Assembly (NCBI GenBank): GCA_036172245.1
Contig: JAYWIR010000047.1
Span: forward strand, 186,001-250,000
Direction of reading: 5' to 3'
DNA length: 64,000 nt
DNA from: Raillietiella orientalis
Lineage: Eukaryota
Below, piece by piece: positions 41,101 through 54,720 of the stretch. Positions within the stretch are counted from its first letter, which is position 1. Each line of letters opens with the position of its first letter. The translations under genes and the position numbers were made by a program. Under the pieces are notes generated by a model. It was not told the origin of the DNA. It worked only from the letters and a program-made list of their open reading frames with translations, and did no database searches.

Positions 41101-44100
41101 TGCGATTCTAAAAAATTTCTAAGCAACATTGAGTTTTTGAATCATATGATAACGCAACATAATGATGAGTCATCCTTCAGTTGCTACCTATGCCCTGAAA
41201 CCATCACTTCAATGGAAATACTACTACAAGTATTTTTATAAATCTCTGTTGACTATCGAATGACATATGCTTTAGCACTATGAAATATCTCATCAATACA
41301 GGACTCTTCAGTGTTGTTATTGTATCTCTTCATTTGATCTGGAAGATTCTTTGCCAGCTTTGTATCATCTTGTTAATGAACATCCAGATTTCAAACCCAA
41401 GTTGTTCTGTCGTTGGAAAGTACCATCAGAGGTAAGTTATTGTTATTATTATTCCTGTTATTATTATTAAATTTTTCTCATAGGATTTCAGAAGCTTCCT
41501 TAATCCTGTTTTGGAATCCACTATTCAGTTGGTCCCTCAAATGCTGGTTCATTCAGATCTGCAAGAAACTATATTCTTGTTGTGTCTCAGTTTTGATCAA
41601 GAGTATCTCAATTCTAATGTTAAACATTTGAATGCTAATCAGGACTCTGTCAGTGCCAGTGAAACATATGAGTATTCTTTGAAAGAGGAACCTGAAAGCC
41701 CAATTAAAAATTCTGCCAGTTGTCAGGAGCTATGCCATTGTTGTTTTTCGTTTTGTAACTATAGAGCATCTCATCCATCTGACCTCCAGGAACATTTTTT
41801 AACATGCCCATTTTCTCATGATTCTTGTGTTGTGTGTCCATCTTGCCGGTCATCATTTCCGTCTTCACAGGATTACTTGGAACATGTGGGAGAATCATTG
41901 CAAAAATGTGTGGATAGCAATAATGGCAATCAATCAGTCAGATCAGTTTCCATTTCAAGCACACAGACATGCATGGATCCACCTAATAAACAAACTAATG
42001 ACTCAGAACAGTCACAGCAACCCTTAGATATCATGGTCAGCAGCATTGAAGACTTGCCATCTCAGAGTATACTTACACAATGCTTGCGATGTTCAAGATG
42101 CATGTATAGTACTAAAGTGCGCATGAACATGATTTATCATTTGCAGTTGCATGGTGAAGAAAGGAAGGAATTACCGAGCACTCCGTGCATAAATCCAATA
42201 GTAAGAAATGAACAGGATCCTTTGATGTTTGATCAGATGAATAATTGGGCTGAAAGTTCAGTTCGAAATCAGATTCAAGAAGAGGAACAGATTCTTAAAT
42301 ATATCACTGAAGAGAAACGATTTGTATGTTCTTTAGAAGGATGCCAGTATATTACTGTTGATGAAACTATGCTCAAGTATCATCTGAATACCTTTCACTC
42401 ACAACTAAACAGCTATCCATGTCCACATTGCAAGATAGTTTCACTTAATATTGATAAGTTCATTTGTCATCTCCGTCTTCATGGAGATAAGTTGTACAAG
42501 TGTTATTATTGTCAGTATTATCATTGGCAGAGAAGAGTTCTAGAAAAGCATGTCATGGATAAGCATTCACCACTGCCTAACAAACAGCTTGTGATACGGG
42601 ATTCAGATCCCTTGTCACTTGCCAAAGATGGAGAAAGGAAGAAAAAAACTTGGACTTGTGGTTTATGTGATTTCACATGTGAAGGTTACAATGAAGTTAT
42701 TCAGCATGTTAAACGCATACATCAAATGGGCAGTCAGTATCGTTGTTCATTATGTACCTATAAGTCATCTAATTTGAAGTCATATGATGCTCATTTTCAT
42801 CGCAGTCATCCCAACCAACCTATAAATGTAGTAACTGTGTATCGCAGAACAGACCGTGTTTCCTCATTAGCTGCAAAACCAGTGATCACTGCCAGTCCTA
42901 TCTGGAAAAAAGATGTATCCAAACCAAAGTACATCCGGAATATAGTAGTGGATTTGGAAGAAGATAATTGTACAGCAGGTTCTCTTTTTCCAGAAATTGT
43001 TTCTCCTCTTGGAAACAATTTCCTTTGTCCCAAATGCAAAAAGTATACTAGTAAAGTTGCAAAAGAAATGCAAGAACATTTATATGGAGAACTGAAATAT
43101 ATGCGGTAAACAAACCCCTTTTTTCTTTTTGTAGGCAATGACTACTTAATTCTTTATTTTTTCAGATTTGTGTGCACACACTGTGATTTCATGGCAAGTA
43201 GTCTAATAACGTTGAAAAATCATTCAAGTAAGATGCATGAGAATCTGCCCGAATCAATATCACCGTTGAGTCCCGATGCTGAAATGGAAAGTTGGGTAAG
43301 GTTCATCACTTATTGTTTTCGGCGTATTTAAGAAAGCCATGTTTGTGCACATGATGTGCATGTGCAACTTCATGTCCATAAGTATACATACATTTCAAGT
43401 ACCGTTTCCCGTAATTATTATGAATGTTTCATAGATAAAATATGGCGATATGGATTCTTATTATGTAATAAATAATCATTTGTACACATGTTATGTGCCT
43501 TGTAATTGTACAACTTATTGCCGGTTCTTTCTTGTCTTTGATGTTTATTTTGTGTCTCTGAACGTTTTGTCTGAAAGTTTTTTGGCATGTTCAAGCTTTG
43601 GTAGTCAAATTTGCAATATAAGTTGGAACACTGAATGCCTTTGTCATATGCTTAAGAAATGATGATACCATGTTGTATTAGTAGTGAGTATACTATCTTA
43701 AGTTTTCAGTTGAAGAATAATAACAAGAGATAAGGGTGATAGATGTACTGTGCTTAACATAGTGGTTATTTGAATACATGAGTCAATTTGATGAGTAAAG
43801 TAATTTTGAATTACATCTTTCAACCGTGGAATTTTTCTTGCCGATTAACAGTCATGAACCATCCTGAAATTTGCAAAATTATAGCCAAAGTTAAAAAAAT
43901 TTGTTTACGAAGAGACGAGCACAAATTACAGAGTTGAACACGATTCCACGACGAATCAAAGGCGCGGGCAACTTGGGAAGAAATGAAAGCGAGAAGTTCG
44001 TCATTCGTTTCTCAAAGGTTTGAGAAATACGATTTTGACGGTTGTACGAACGCACGCATCCATTCATTTTTTGAATATACAGTCGGCTTCACATGAAGAA

Positions 44101-47100
44101 TTCCCTGATGAGTCTATTTGTGCGTCCAGGTTTCTTTCTTTTAAAACTTGGCGTAGGTAGTTAACGAAATCACTTGTCTAGGGCTTAGCGCCTCAGCAGT
44201 AAGCCTTTGTGGTGGTTTGGTGGGCGGGGATGCAGACTTTCAAAGCACGCCGTGTGCGAGGACCACAGCAGCTTCAGCAACCTGCGCGATCCGTCCGGTT
44301 CTTCATCCGTGCGGCGGCGGTGCCACTGGTGGTGATCCATCAGATTCCCAAGAGGTCGTTCGAGACGCGGATCGCGCGAATGCCACTGTGTGCACCATGC
44401 CTACCTGTGTTTTTCCTCTAGTTCGAAAGAATGTCAGGAGGATGTTGAACAGAGCCGCCACCGAAACCTGTTTATGGTACGCAGCAGGTGGTGATCCCTG
44501 GCTCCAAGCACACGTTTGGTATTCGGGATCTATTCCAATTCGGATCCATCCACTATTAATCATCGTTTTGCATTCGGAAGAATTATTGTAATAAATTCTC
44601 GTCAAAAGCTCGCGTTCACATCTGATTACGTTGTCTCCCATTCTGTTTAAGCTTACCGTCTAACATTTCGCTCGCTCGGATTCCTGAACGCCGCTTAGAA
44701 GCTGTTTTAATGCCGGCGGCCGTTTATTAGAAGATTGATAGCTCCATCCGTCTCCCGAGAGTTGCTGGTTACCGTTTTTGTTTTTGTTTTTGTTTTTGTG
44801 ATTTGTTCGATTCTTGCATGCAAAGGTGGCGATTTTCTAATGACGGCACGTTCTCGTGGAACTGGACCAGCTGCTTCTGAAGAGTTGTTGTTTCTTTCCA
44901 ACTCTCGCGCCACCACCAGTGATTTTATTGCACTCTTTGTTTTCAGTTCCAAGTTTTGATTCTTTTATTGGAAATGTGATGCAAGCTTGGCTTTCAAGTG
45001 TGTGTTATCATTTAAGTGTTTTCCTAGGTCACCAAAGTGCTTACGCATCAGAAGGAAATGATGATTAATCGATCCCTGCCGGAAAGTGTGTGCGTAACGT
45101 CGAATCCACAAGCAACTTCAGATGCATGCCCTCAAGGTTAGAATGTACTTTTGTTTTTCTTTGTTTTTGTCTCGCTTCTGGAAGTGTGCAATTTCCTTTT
45201 CCTTCGGGAAATAGTAATACCAATAGCTACTATTTTCAGCATGCTTATTATTCTATTTGCTGATCAATTTCTCTGTCACGAATTCGAATTGAATTCTGCA
45301 CATCATCCCTGAGTACCACCATTTTTTTGCATCCTTACGAAAGCATTCGGGTGAAGAATGCCTCCCTCCACGTTCTCCTTTCGAGACGGAGTTTTGGATT
45401 TCCGGTGTATTTGTTAGTGTATCATCTTGGTGTTGGGTGTTCAGCGGATGGATGTTCTGTTTGCACGAGGATTAGTGTGTTCGCGTGTTGCGGCATGGTG
45501 AGCAAGGGAAATTTAGGTTTTCGAGAAGTAGTTTTGGTCGTTTCTGGACTCTTGAAGTGCATTTCAGAGATTGTTTTCTTGTCCTCCCCCCCCCCCCCCT
45601 CCCGCCTCCCATTTAGTCTGATTCACATTTCACTCCTTCGTTTCCGGGTACATCTCAGTAGTCTTAGAGTCAAGTCATGCAGGTTCCCCCCCATGTTTCA
45701 GTGGTTAGGCTTCGCGATCCTCTGCGATCCCTTGTCTTCCAGGTTTTTTTTTTTCCTGTAACTTCTTGCGTTTCTCTCTGCAGGTGCTGTGCCATGTTTC
45801 CAACGTGATGCATGAAATCATACGCTTGTTGTTGTTGCATTCACTGTTTAATCTTGTAGTAATTTCCTTTTCAGGATCACAGAATGACTCGGTTCCTTCC
45901 AAGTTTAAAAGCGCCGGTTTCCCCGGCGTCCGCAATTTAAAACGACGTGTCAAGGCGACACAGGACACCCCCAACCGTTATGGTTGTTCTCAGTGCGATT
46001 TTACGTCAAACGTGAAATGCAATGTTACTCAACACTGCAAAACCAAACACCCCAATATTCCGTGCCAAATTTTGCTTTTCGACGCCAATAACACCAAAAA
46101 GATCGTTGGGAACACCAACCAGTTGTACAAATGCAGATATTGCTCTTACAGCTCCAAGTGGAAAGCGTATCTGGGTCAGCACGAAAAGCGCCACGAGATG
46201 CAGAAAGATTGTGGTGCCCTGGCTGCGAAAGAAGTGGCGCAAGCAGACGTGAAAACGAAAAGCCCCGTTCCGAATCCTTTCGGTGTAGAAATAAAGACAG
46301 AACCGGAGGAAAACATTACCACTTTATCCGTTCCTTTGGAAAGTGAATATTCCACAACGAACAATCATCTGGTACCACTGGATTCTTCAGACGTGGTTTA
46401 TAAATGTGTGTATTGTGCTTACCAAAGCAATTCAGTTGAAGGAGTTCACGCTCATTGGATTGCGAAACACCAGGTTCATTTTCTCACCGGTCGTGATTTA
46501 GCTTTCCAGTACAAAGTATTGACCATCTCATGTCCAGACAGACAAACTAAATCGTACAAGTGCTTTTATTGCGCGAAAAAAGGCCCATTGAAAGCTCTTA
46601 AGACTCACATTAAGAAATTTCATCCTGAGATGGAGATGAAAGTTGTTCTCCAGAAATGCGCTAATGTGGCACCGCGAAAGCACAATCAGGAAATGGAACG
46701 AAATCCTCCACGCTGTAATTCGGTGTACGTGTGCGAATGGTGCAAAGAAAAGTTCGACTCTGTGCAGTTGGCGCAAGCCCATCACACCATGTTTCATTCT
46801 CATCTGAATTTCCGAGTATCCCAACAGTCAGCAGCAGCAGCAGCAGCAGCAGCAGCCCAAGCATCATCGCCGCCCGCCGAAAAGCAACCCATGAAAAAGT
46901 GGTACTTTTGCCCAGTTTGCACTCACAAGACTCACCGCCGGCACTACCTGTACAACCACATAAAGATTCACCTCCGTAATCTCGTTTGCCAGGAATGCGG
47001 GGAAAAATTCACCAACAAGTTGGTAGCCAAAATCCACTTTCAGAAGTACCACTCAGACAAGGAAGTGCTTTTATTAGAAAGTTCCGCCATGAAGCAAGAT

Positions 47101-47535
47101 ATACGCACTTTGATGAAGCAGATTCGATGCGAAGTCGTGACTCAGAACGAAGAGGAAGTAAATGATCTCAGTAAGAATGGAGAAACCAGGAAAAATGATC
47201 TTGCTGCCAATGTAACCCATCAGGAGAACCCGGGCGTGTGTGAGTTGGAGAAGAGGGTCGGCTCGCAGGACAAGCCGCGGGCCGTCGGCCATGCAAAAGA
47301 GTACGCAAATGTGTCGAAATTGAATTGTAGAAGTGTCGCTAAAAAGTCTACCACGTGTTTGCCTTCTGCTGTACCTGTTCATCGGAGATCTCGATATTCG
47401 GAAAGGAGTTTTGACGATTTAAGCGTGTACGTAATGTTAAATAATGCATTTTGTAAGATATCTGTTGGAGAACTTGCTCAAATGATGAATATTTATCCTA
47501 CTGTCCGTTTGCAGAAAATGATTTTTTCCCAATAA
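35180..47535 (+). CDS. Large multi-C2H2 zinc-finger protein (~2,390 aa), probable chromatin/HP1-associated factor
   Basis: Exons: 35180-35250, 35369-35522, 35571-38058, 38226-38287, 38337-38445, 38493-38860, 38907-39021, 41096-41229, 41276-41431, 41484-43105, 43166-43295, 45028-45136, 45875-47535; GT-AG and phase-consistent. The 48-nt intron 35523-35570 is in frame and tentative; the start codon is also tentative. Many CxxC-x12-HxxxxH fingers (e.g. CRICLWSSNSLQNFVDHVTSHTGEYRYSCEYC). AATAAA at 47540-47545. Confidence 0.9.
46831..46857 (+). repeat. (GCA)8GCC coding microsatellite, poly-Ala9 in the zinc-finger protein
   Basis: Direct sequence within the last exon. Confidence 0.9.
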
Positions 47536-47569
47536 GATAAATAAAAGATTCGTTGTATTCTCAAAAGCC

Positions 47570-47602
<33 letters not shown>
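47570..47602 (+). repeat. (TA)n microsatellite just downstream of the zinc-finger gene poly(A) signal
   Basis: Interrupted TA run. Confidence 0.9.
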
Positions 47603-47603
<1 letters not shown>

Positions 47604-50600
47604 TTCTGTCGAGTTTGTGAAGCTTCATGTATGTGACACACACACGACACAAGCATTGTGTTCGTGGATACCTTGCGTCCTCTACATAACGAGTGCGGAT
47701 CGCTCGCGTACGCACGGACGCGTCATTGATCATCATCAGTGCAGAAAGGGAATTCATGAAAGTGCAGAGTGGTTAGCGCGAACTGTTTCAGTGACTGATG
47801 CAAAACACAAGTTGTCGTGCAACACTGGATGAAACGTTCCATGGAAAGATCTCACCGGATCCACTTGTGTCCAGAGTGCATTTTAATCAGCAAACGTGGC
47901 AGTTTCTATGATGAGTTTGCTTGACGTGCCTTCCGAGCAAAAAAGCAGTTGCCTCGTTTTGCATTGAGCAGAGCTCACTGAGCAGCGTGGTCTTTATTTT
48001 TCCGCTGCCAATCGATAGGAACGGGAGATCGAGACCGGGGGGGGGGGGAGGATGGTAAAAAAAAAAAAAAAAATGAAAAATATGAGCCAAACAAAACGAA
48101 GCAACCGTCTCCGTATCACGTGAAGGCTCCTCCTACTACAAGACTGAGTTGAGAAACGAACGGGCTCAAAAGGCATCATCACACTGTTTCAATGTGGTAA
48201 AACTGTCCACGCCAAAGCACCGCCGTGGCTCATCGCTGAGGATGGTCCGAGCGGTCTGCGGTGTCACCAGAAAGCGGCGGTAGCAAAGCGGTCCGCGGGC
48301 TGCTGAGTTGCGTGCAGTCCGTTGCCGAAAGACCCCCATAAACTGCTCGTGGAGCAGATTGCAAACGTAGGGTAGGGCAATCCAACCCTACGGGTTTTCA
48401 GATTAATTTAAAAAAAGAAAAAAAAAAGCAGGAATTTTTGAAGAGTGCTCACAAGAACACCTTTGCGGGTCATGAGCATCCCTCAAAGATCATCTTTTAA
48501 AAATTCCGGATCCCGAAGTTTTTTGACGGAAAATGTTAGCTAAATCTAACATTCTCATTTTTAGTAAAGGCAAGGCTTCCAAATTGGCAGATGTTGCATT
48601 TGTGGTTGATGAAGTATTCCGGACAAGAAAGTACAATCAGTACAATCTAGCTGAGCATAGTCGATGATTGCAAAGCACTAAAGGTATGTTGTGGAGAGTC
48701 GAAAAGGGGGAAGATTGTTTTGAATCATGCAGAATTCCTTGCTTTCTAAAATTCCAAAATATGAAAAGCAATCCACTTTCGAAAATGCAGGTCAACATAA
48801 TAATTTTAATGATTCTATAAAAAAAAAAAAAGGTGCTCAGTTTAAAGTAATTCGAAAGTCATTCTCAACATTTCAAAGTTGGCAAGTCGTGAAATTATTG
48901 AGAAGATTCCCACCTCAGTGACAAATGCACACACCCACTGGGGTCTGGGAGATTCCCCCGGGGAATAGAAAGCCCAGTGCACAACTGGCATCGGCAGCAT
49001 GGCTTTCGGTCAACCTTTCCTTTCTCCTACAAGTACAAATCAAAAAGGTCTCGAGTATGCCTGGTATGCCTCGAAGTTCTGTGTGTACGTGACGAAATCA
49101 TAGCCGTCGTCCCGTTCCTGCGAAACTTCCTGCAGTCAGGAACGGAAACCACAACAACCACTGCTGCTCCGCTCCTTAAAGTTGGGACTGCGCCTGGCAG
49201 GGCGCGGTCACAACTCCCCAAGACGGACCGTCGAAGACGTGGGAGAGAAGCGGAAGCCACCAACTGTGTGTGTTTGAACATTGGGCGCCGAGGGGAAGGT
49301 TTTGAATTTCCAGTTTTTCTGGAGCCCGGGCATGAGCTCTACAGGGGAGAAAAGATGAAGGCATCAGTGCCTTTTTCCCTCCACGTGTGCGTTTTATAAG
49401 TTACGTGCTTTGCGGTGTGAAAAAATTCATACTTTACCCTTTCCATGCCAGGTCTTTGAAGATGCGTTTTTTTTTTTTTTTTATTTAAAAGTCCTGCGTG
49501 TATTTTTTCTCTGTCCTGCTGCAATGCTTATCCAAAGCCTTGATGTCTGTGGAACCGATTGGTGTTCAGCCATTTTCAGGTTGCAAACTTGAAATATTAA
49601 GAGCATCTCTACGCTCTGCGGCTACCTATGATATCACAAATTTGTTTGCATGCACTTTTTTTTTTCTTCTTCTTCTTCTTCCGACCACCATAGTTTGTCT
49701 TCTCTTATACGTTTTCATCAAATGAGCAATTCCAAACATCTATGTCATTTTTGTTTAGTGATCTCAATCTCAAAGCGGGGGAACCGTGTCTCAAATCAAT
49801 CCATCATTTAAAGTCCTTCAAGTTGTTTTCCCAGTTGGTTGCTTTATGAGTCGTTTGTAAGAATTGCTTATTGCTCGTATTTTATTGCTGCAGAATATCG
49901 TTTTCTCCCCCCCCCCCCTCACACACACACACACACACACAGCATATTTCCCCACAAGCCCCAGGTTCATGTTTCATTGTATGTTTGGTGTTAACCTGTA
50001 CTTACTCCTCACCTCTTGATCAGCTTTCTAAAAAGCAAAGAATTACACGAGACTGCTGAGTGTTGAGGTTTCCTAAAGAATAATCGCAATTTGAGCGTAG
50101 ATTTCTCGGTGAACCTCCGGTCCTCGTGAAAGGAACCTTTCCCATAAAATCTCAGGTGAAACGAAAGCTCCGAAATTCCCTAATTTGCCCCAGGAATCAC
50201 AAGAGGAAAGCCAAGTTTTTCGTTCGCGCTAACATATGGAACAAGCGTCTCGTTTTCCCGCCCGTGCTCTCAAAAGTTTGCGGTGGCTGCGCTGCTGGAT
50301 GCTGTGCGGAATGTGTGAAATCTTCGGAAAGAGGGAACACCGTTACGCAGTGTGGTAGCAGCCGTTTTCCGGGACTTCGATCGACACGATGCTGAAAGCA
50401 CCGAGAAGAAGCACACGTGGAATACGTCCCAGAATCCTCAGGGCTGAGAAGCGAGTTCGACCGTAGCGGAAAATCCACGAGGTCATCGACGTTGCGTGAA
50501 GACTGGTCCATGCGGATGACCAGTGCCACCGTGTAACTGGGTTGGTTGTTTTTCGTCAGCCAAAGTTGCAGCCCGGGTTCGCTCTTATCAGATTCCCCAT

Positions 50601-53600
50601 GTCGATCAAGAGAGATATAGACGAAGGCCAGGCTGACTGTGGAAGGCGCAAGAAGTGACGCCGACAGTCCCGAGGACTGTCGGAGTCACTCACGAGCAAG
50701 TGGAACTCCTGCTTCCAGCTGGGCGTCTCCACTGTGGAGCGAGATGTTCAATGCGTGCGGTAGTGCTTGCGCAGACAGAAGACTGCGGACGGTCTCTCTT
50801 GTGCCCGATTCTGGTTCTTTGCGAAAGCATTCGACTGGGGAAGGAGACTCCGAGCAGCTGAGTAAGTCCTGCGCCCCCCCACCCCACCCCACAGTGGACG
50901 GCGGGCATCAAACAAGCGGAAGCCAAGCAAAGATGGCTGCTCCTCGATCGAACAGTGAGCGTTTCCCTGGTGTGATGTATTCAGAATTGCTTGTAATACG
51001 TGATGGAATTCGAGTATGAAGGAAACTGAGGACGAATCGCTATTCCGAAGCCAGAAAAAAAAAAAAAAAAAAAAAAGGAAGAAGAAGAGGGCTCTGGAGG
51101 CACAGGATCCCATTACAAAGATGCGTTTGTCACTTTTGTAGCACATTTTGCCCATCCGTCCCAGGAAGTCTCTCGTATAAAAGGTATCTCATTCTGATAC
51201 AAACATTATTTGGTGTAGATTAGTAGGGTCTCGAAAGTTATGGGAATCCGAAAAATGCTGGCGAAAGAGCCGCACCGCCAGTGCCTTCGAAAGCGCGTGC
51301 AGGAAATCGTATTAAGCGGTACTGTACACGTCAGCTCGCCTATTTGTGCGTAACCATTTAGAAAAGGTCCACTACAACAACATACTCGGTGCCAGTAAAT
51401 TCACAAACACTTCGCGGTGCCCATTTCACAGCACGTGACTCTCATCGATTTCTGTTACTTTCCACGTATTTTATCACCATCAGCGTTATGTTCCGTGTGG
51501 CCATGCCGCCCACCCACAGTCGTAGCCATTCGATTTCGGTTTGATCAAAATTGGACTCAGTTCAGCCAATTTCAATTTATGTACACGCATATTGTTCCAC
51601 AGGAATCTGTATAAAAAGCAGACGGTAGTGTGTGAAAGGCGCTACTGCCAGATGCACCTTTCCGCCTGGATCTCACCTATTTGATGGTGGCAGTTTTGCT
51701 CGTCTGCGTAGGCATTTGCGATGGTCGCCTCGGTGAAGGATACGGTCCAACTCTTCTTGCTGTAACCTCCCAGATTCGTGAACACGAAATGAAAAGTTCG
51801 ATGTTTTCAGATAAGGTGCACCGAATAATCGGTTGCGAATGGCTACCGAGCACCATCTCGCCGGAAACAAAAATCAGCAATGCACCTCCGATTCCAAATA
51901 AAGGAGTGGCAAAAGATTAAAAAAAGAAAGAAAGTAACAGTAAGAAATTTTCCGGAATGTCTCTCAAACCCCAAGAAGTACCTGAAAAGAAGAAGAAGAA
52001 GACGAAAAAAAACTTTCATCGTATGAGGTGTGTTTTTCATTCCACATGCATTGTGTGGGAAAGGGCGAGTACTCTCTCCAATGCGGAAAAGCACGGGCGA
52101 AACCACGAAAGTTTGTCGTCTGGTTCTTCGGGACCATTCCTCCTGGACCGTTTTCATTCCCTTTCACCGAATGTGGTGACTGGGTGGGTGGTGGTAGGCA
52201 GAAGGTAGGCAGATGCAAGACCGCGTGGCAGCGAGAAGAGGGCAGCAGCACTTCGTGTGCTTTCCGTTCCCTCATTACGCGAGTGCACCATCTGAGGGAG
52301 GGAACTTTTTGTCCGAGGAACTTTCTGCCAAGCGGCACCGGTTCCTCCCAAGTCCGGATGCAGGTTTCCTACCAGGTGACCATCAAATCAGAGCGGTCGA
52401 CGAAAAATTCAAATTGGCAGTCTCTTCCCCCCGACTTGTACAACGAAAACAGAGTGGCGGAACGTGGTGCGTTGTCTTGGGAGGAAAGGGAGCACCTGCC
52501 TCTGGTTCTTTCCATCTGGCCAGTGTAACAACAGTGTTTCTTGCGACATCAGTATGTGAAAACGTGCTTTTTGTTTTAGCAGTCATTGCATCTTTCGCTT
52601 GTAGAAGTGATTCCTGTTTTCTTCTCAGCATTTTCTGCTGAACCTAGACCTTTGGATTAATTTTAAAGGCAGTCCCTTTGATGCATTGCTTTCCTCGTTC
52701 CCGTTGGATATTTTCCCAGGGCAATGTAACGGCCTTTCTCAGGATTTTTGTTTCACTTGGTCCTACCGAGGATGAGCGTGATCTCGTTTTATCTAAGTAT
52801 TCAGGAGACGAATTCTGGGATATGACACGCCGGAAAGCAGCAGGCACTGGTGAGCCCAACAGAGAGGAAATGGTGTACACAAGTTCCGCGGTTAGCATCC
52901 GCAAACATGCATACACCCCAGAACTTGACACCATCAATACGCAAAAGACAAAACAAAAAAAATGCTTGGTAGTGTTCCACGACAAGAGCTTATCCATCTG
53001 AATGCCTAAGCGTCATCTCCGTTATCTCCTGACCATTAAGAAATGTGAAATTAAACATCTTAGTAAATCACAGTGATTGCAAGCTGGCGCTGGTAATTTT
53101 AGAGGACCTGATGATTCACAGCATCCTCATCACGGCTCACCCACCCTTGGTGCTGAATTGTTTTCATGACATCTGGGGAAATTGCACTCCCGGTTGTCAG
53201 TGGATGGGTTACTTATCCCGGGAAAGGTTTAGCCTAGATTCGAAGGCTGATCACTTCGATGATCACCATGTACATAATGGGGTGGTCTCAAGTTCTGATT
53301 TTTTCGATGGTCGCTTCACTTTTCGAATCAGTGAAAGCTGCTACTCTTTCTTTTCCATGCAGTATCTTCGGATGCACGCACGCAAAAGCCATTAGACGTA
53401 ATGCATAAGCTTAGTACCACTTTTTGTTACTGTGATAAATAGTGCCACAGTCATAAATACCTTGTATATACATAAACATAATGGTATGCCTATACATAAC
53501 AATTAAGGCGACAGTTCCTTACGTCTCTTTATATCGGCGCATGTTTTTCGAGCCAGATGGAACTTGGGTCATTGTAATGACCTTCATAGGGCTGATTTGG

Positions 53601-53638
53601 TAACACTTTGTAGCATCTTCATCTTATGCATTCATCTA

Positions 53639-54720
53639 CAGGTAACCCTTGTATAACGCGGAGGTTAAGTTCCAGAAATACCACGCGTTATAGAAATCGC
53701 GCGTTATATGAGGTCCAGGTTTCATACAAAATGTAGGATCATGTTCCATAGTTTTTTTTTTTAATTATAAAAACAACAATGACATTAAAGAAAAAAAAAC
53801 ATATTTTATTCGTTCAAGAATTCACATAATTGAAAGAGCATGAACTACGTAACTAACAAATACATAGCATAAGATTATACAAATTAGGAATTGTAGATAA
53901 AATTCATTGTACATAATGCATATATTGCAAAATTAAAGAAATGAATATTCTAATCATCATCACGCTGTCTTCAGAAAAAAGCGTTTCCTAGGTATTCTTT
54001 ATTTACGAACGGCCTGATGTCGTTATCACTTGAAATCTCTTCGACATCATCTGTGTAATTCTCACTGGATGCTTCAGCTGGTTTTTTCATCAAAAAGTCG
54101 GCAATAAGACCTTCCTTACTCACCACTGTGCTGCAATTTTTTTTGTTCAGTTCGTGATATGGAGCCACGCAACTACCCCGTTGTCTTCCGGCTTTCCCAG
54201 AGCGCTCTGTTGAAGGGTCACCACAACAACCTTCTAACTTTTGTGCCAGATTCAAGCCTTCTGCTAATTTTTTTAAACTGAACTCTTCAACGGACTCAGC
54301 ACAACCAGAATCTTCAGTAGAACTTTCCTCGCCAATTCGTCCTCATTTAAATCTGTTTCTTCGTCAGATATATATTCACGAATTTCATGTTCAGCCACAT
54401 CCCTCGCCACCACATATGTGTGCCAGGTTTGTTATACGACTCCGTCCACCATCCACAGGAGGTACGAAATTTGGATTAAGGACGGCGCCAGGCCACATAT
54501 TTTTTTCCAGCAAACTTTCCGTGTATAAATGGTTTCAACTCCTTTACACAAGAGAGAAACAGTTTTTGCACAGTTAAGTATCGAAAACTCTTTCCACACT
54601 TCTGGCGGTGTCATATTTGGATTAGGTTCCGTTTTTTTCCAAAGTCAACTCCAATGTTCGACGAATATAATGCGCTTTAAATGCTGAAATTTGTGGACCT
54701 CGTTGTACGAGGGTCACCTG
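53639..54720 (-). mobile_element. Tigger/pogo-type (Tc1/mariner superfamily) non-autonomous DNA transposon, internally deleted
   Basis: TA on both flanks (53637-53638, 54721-54722). TIRs CAGGTAACCCTTGTATAACGCGG and, reverse-complemented, CAGGTGACCCTCGTACAACGAGG. Minus-strand broken transposase C-terminal fragments ISAFKAHYIRRTLE and EVWKEFSILNC...CWKKI. Confidence 0.9.

Noticed and set aside
45766..45874. N-terminal part of the 589-aa ORF as coding
   Set aside because: Better explained as intron: the acceptor at 45874 joins in phase with exon 45028-45136.
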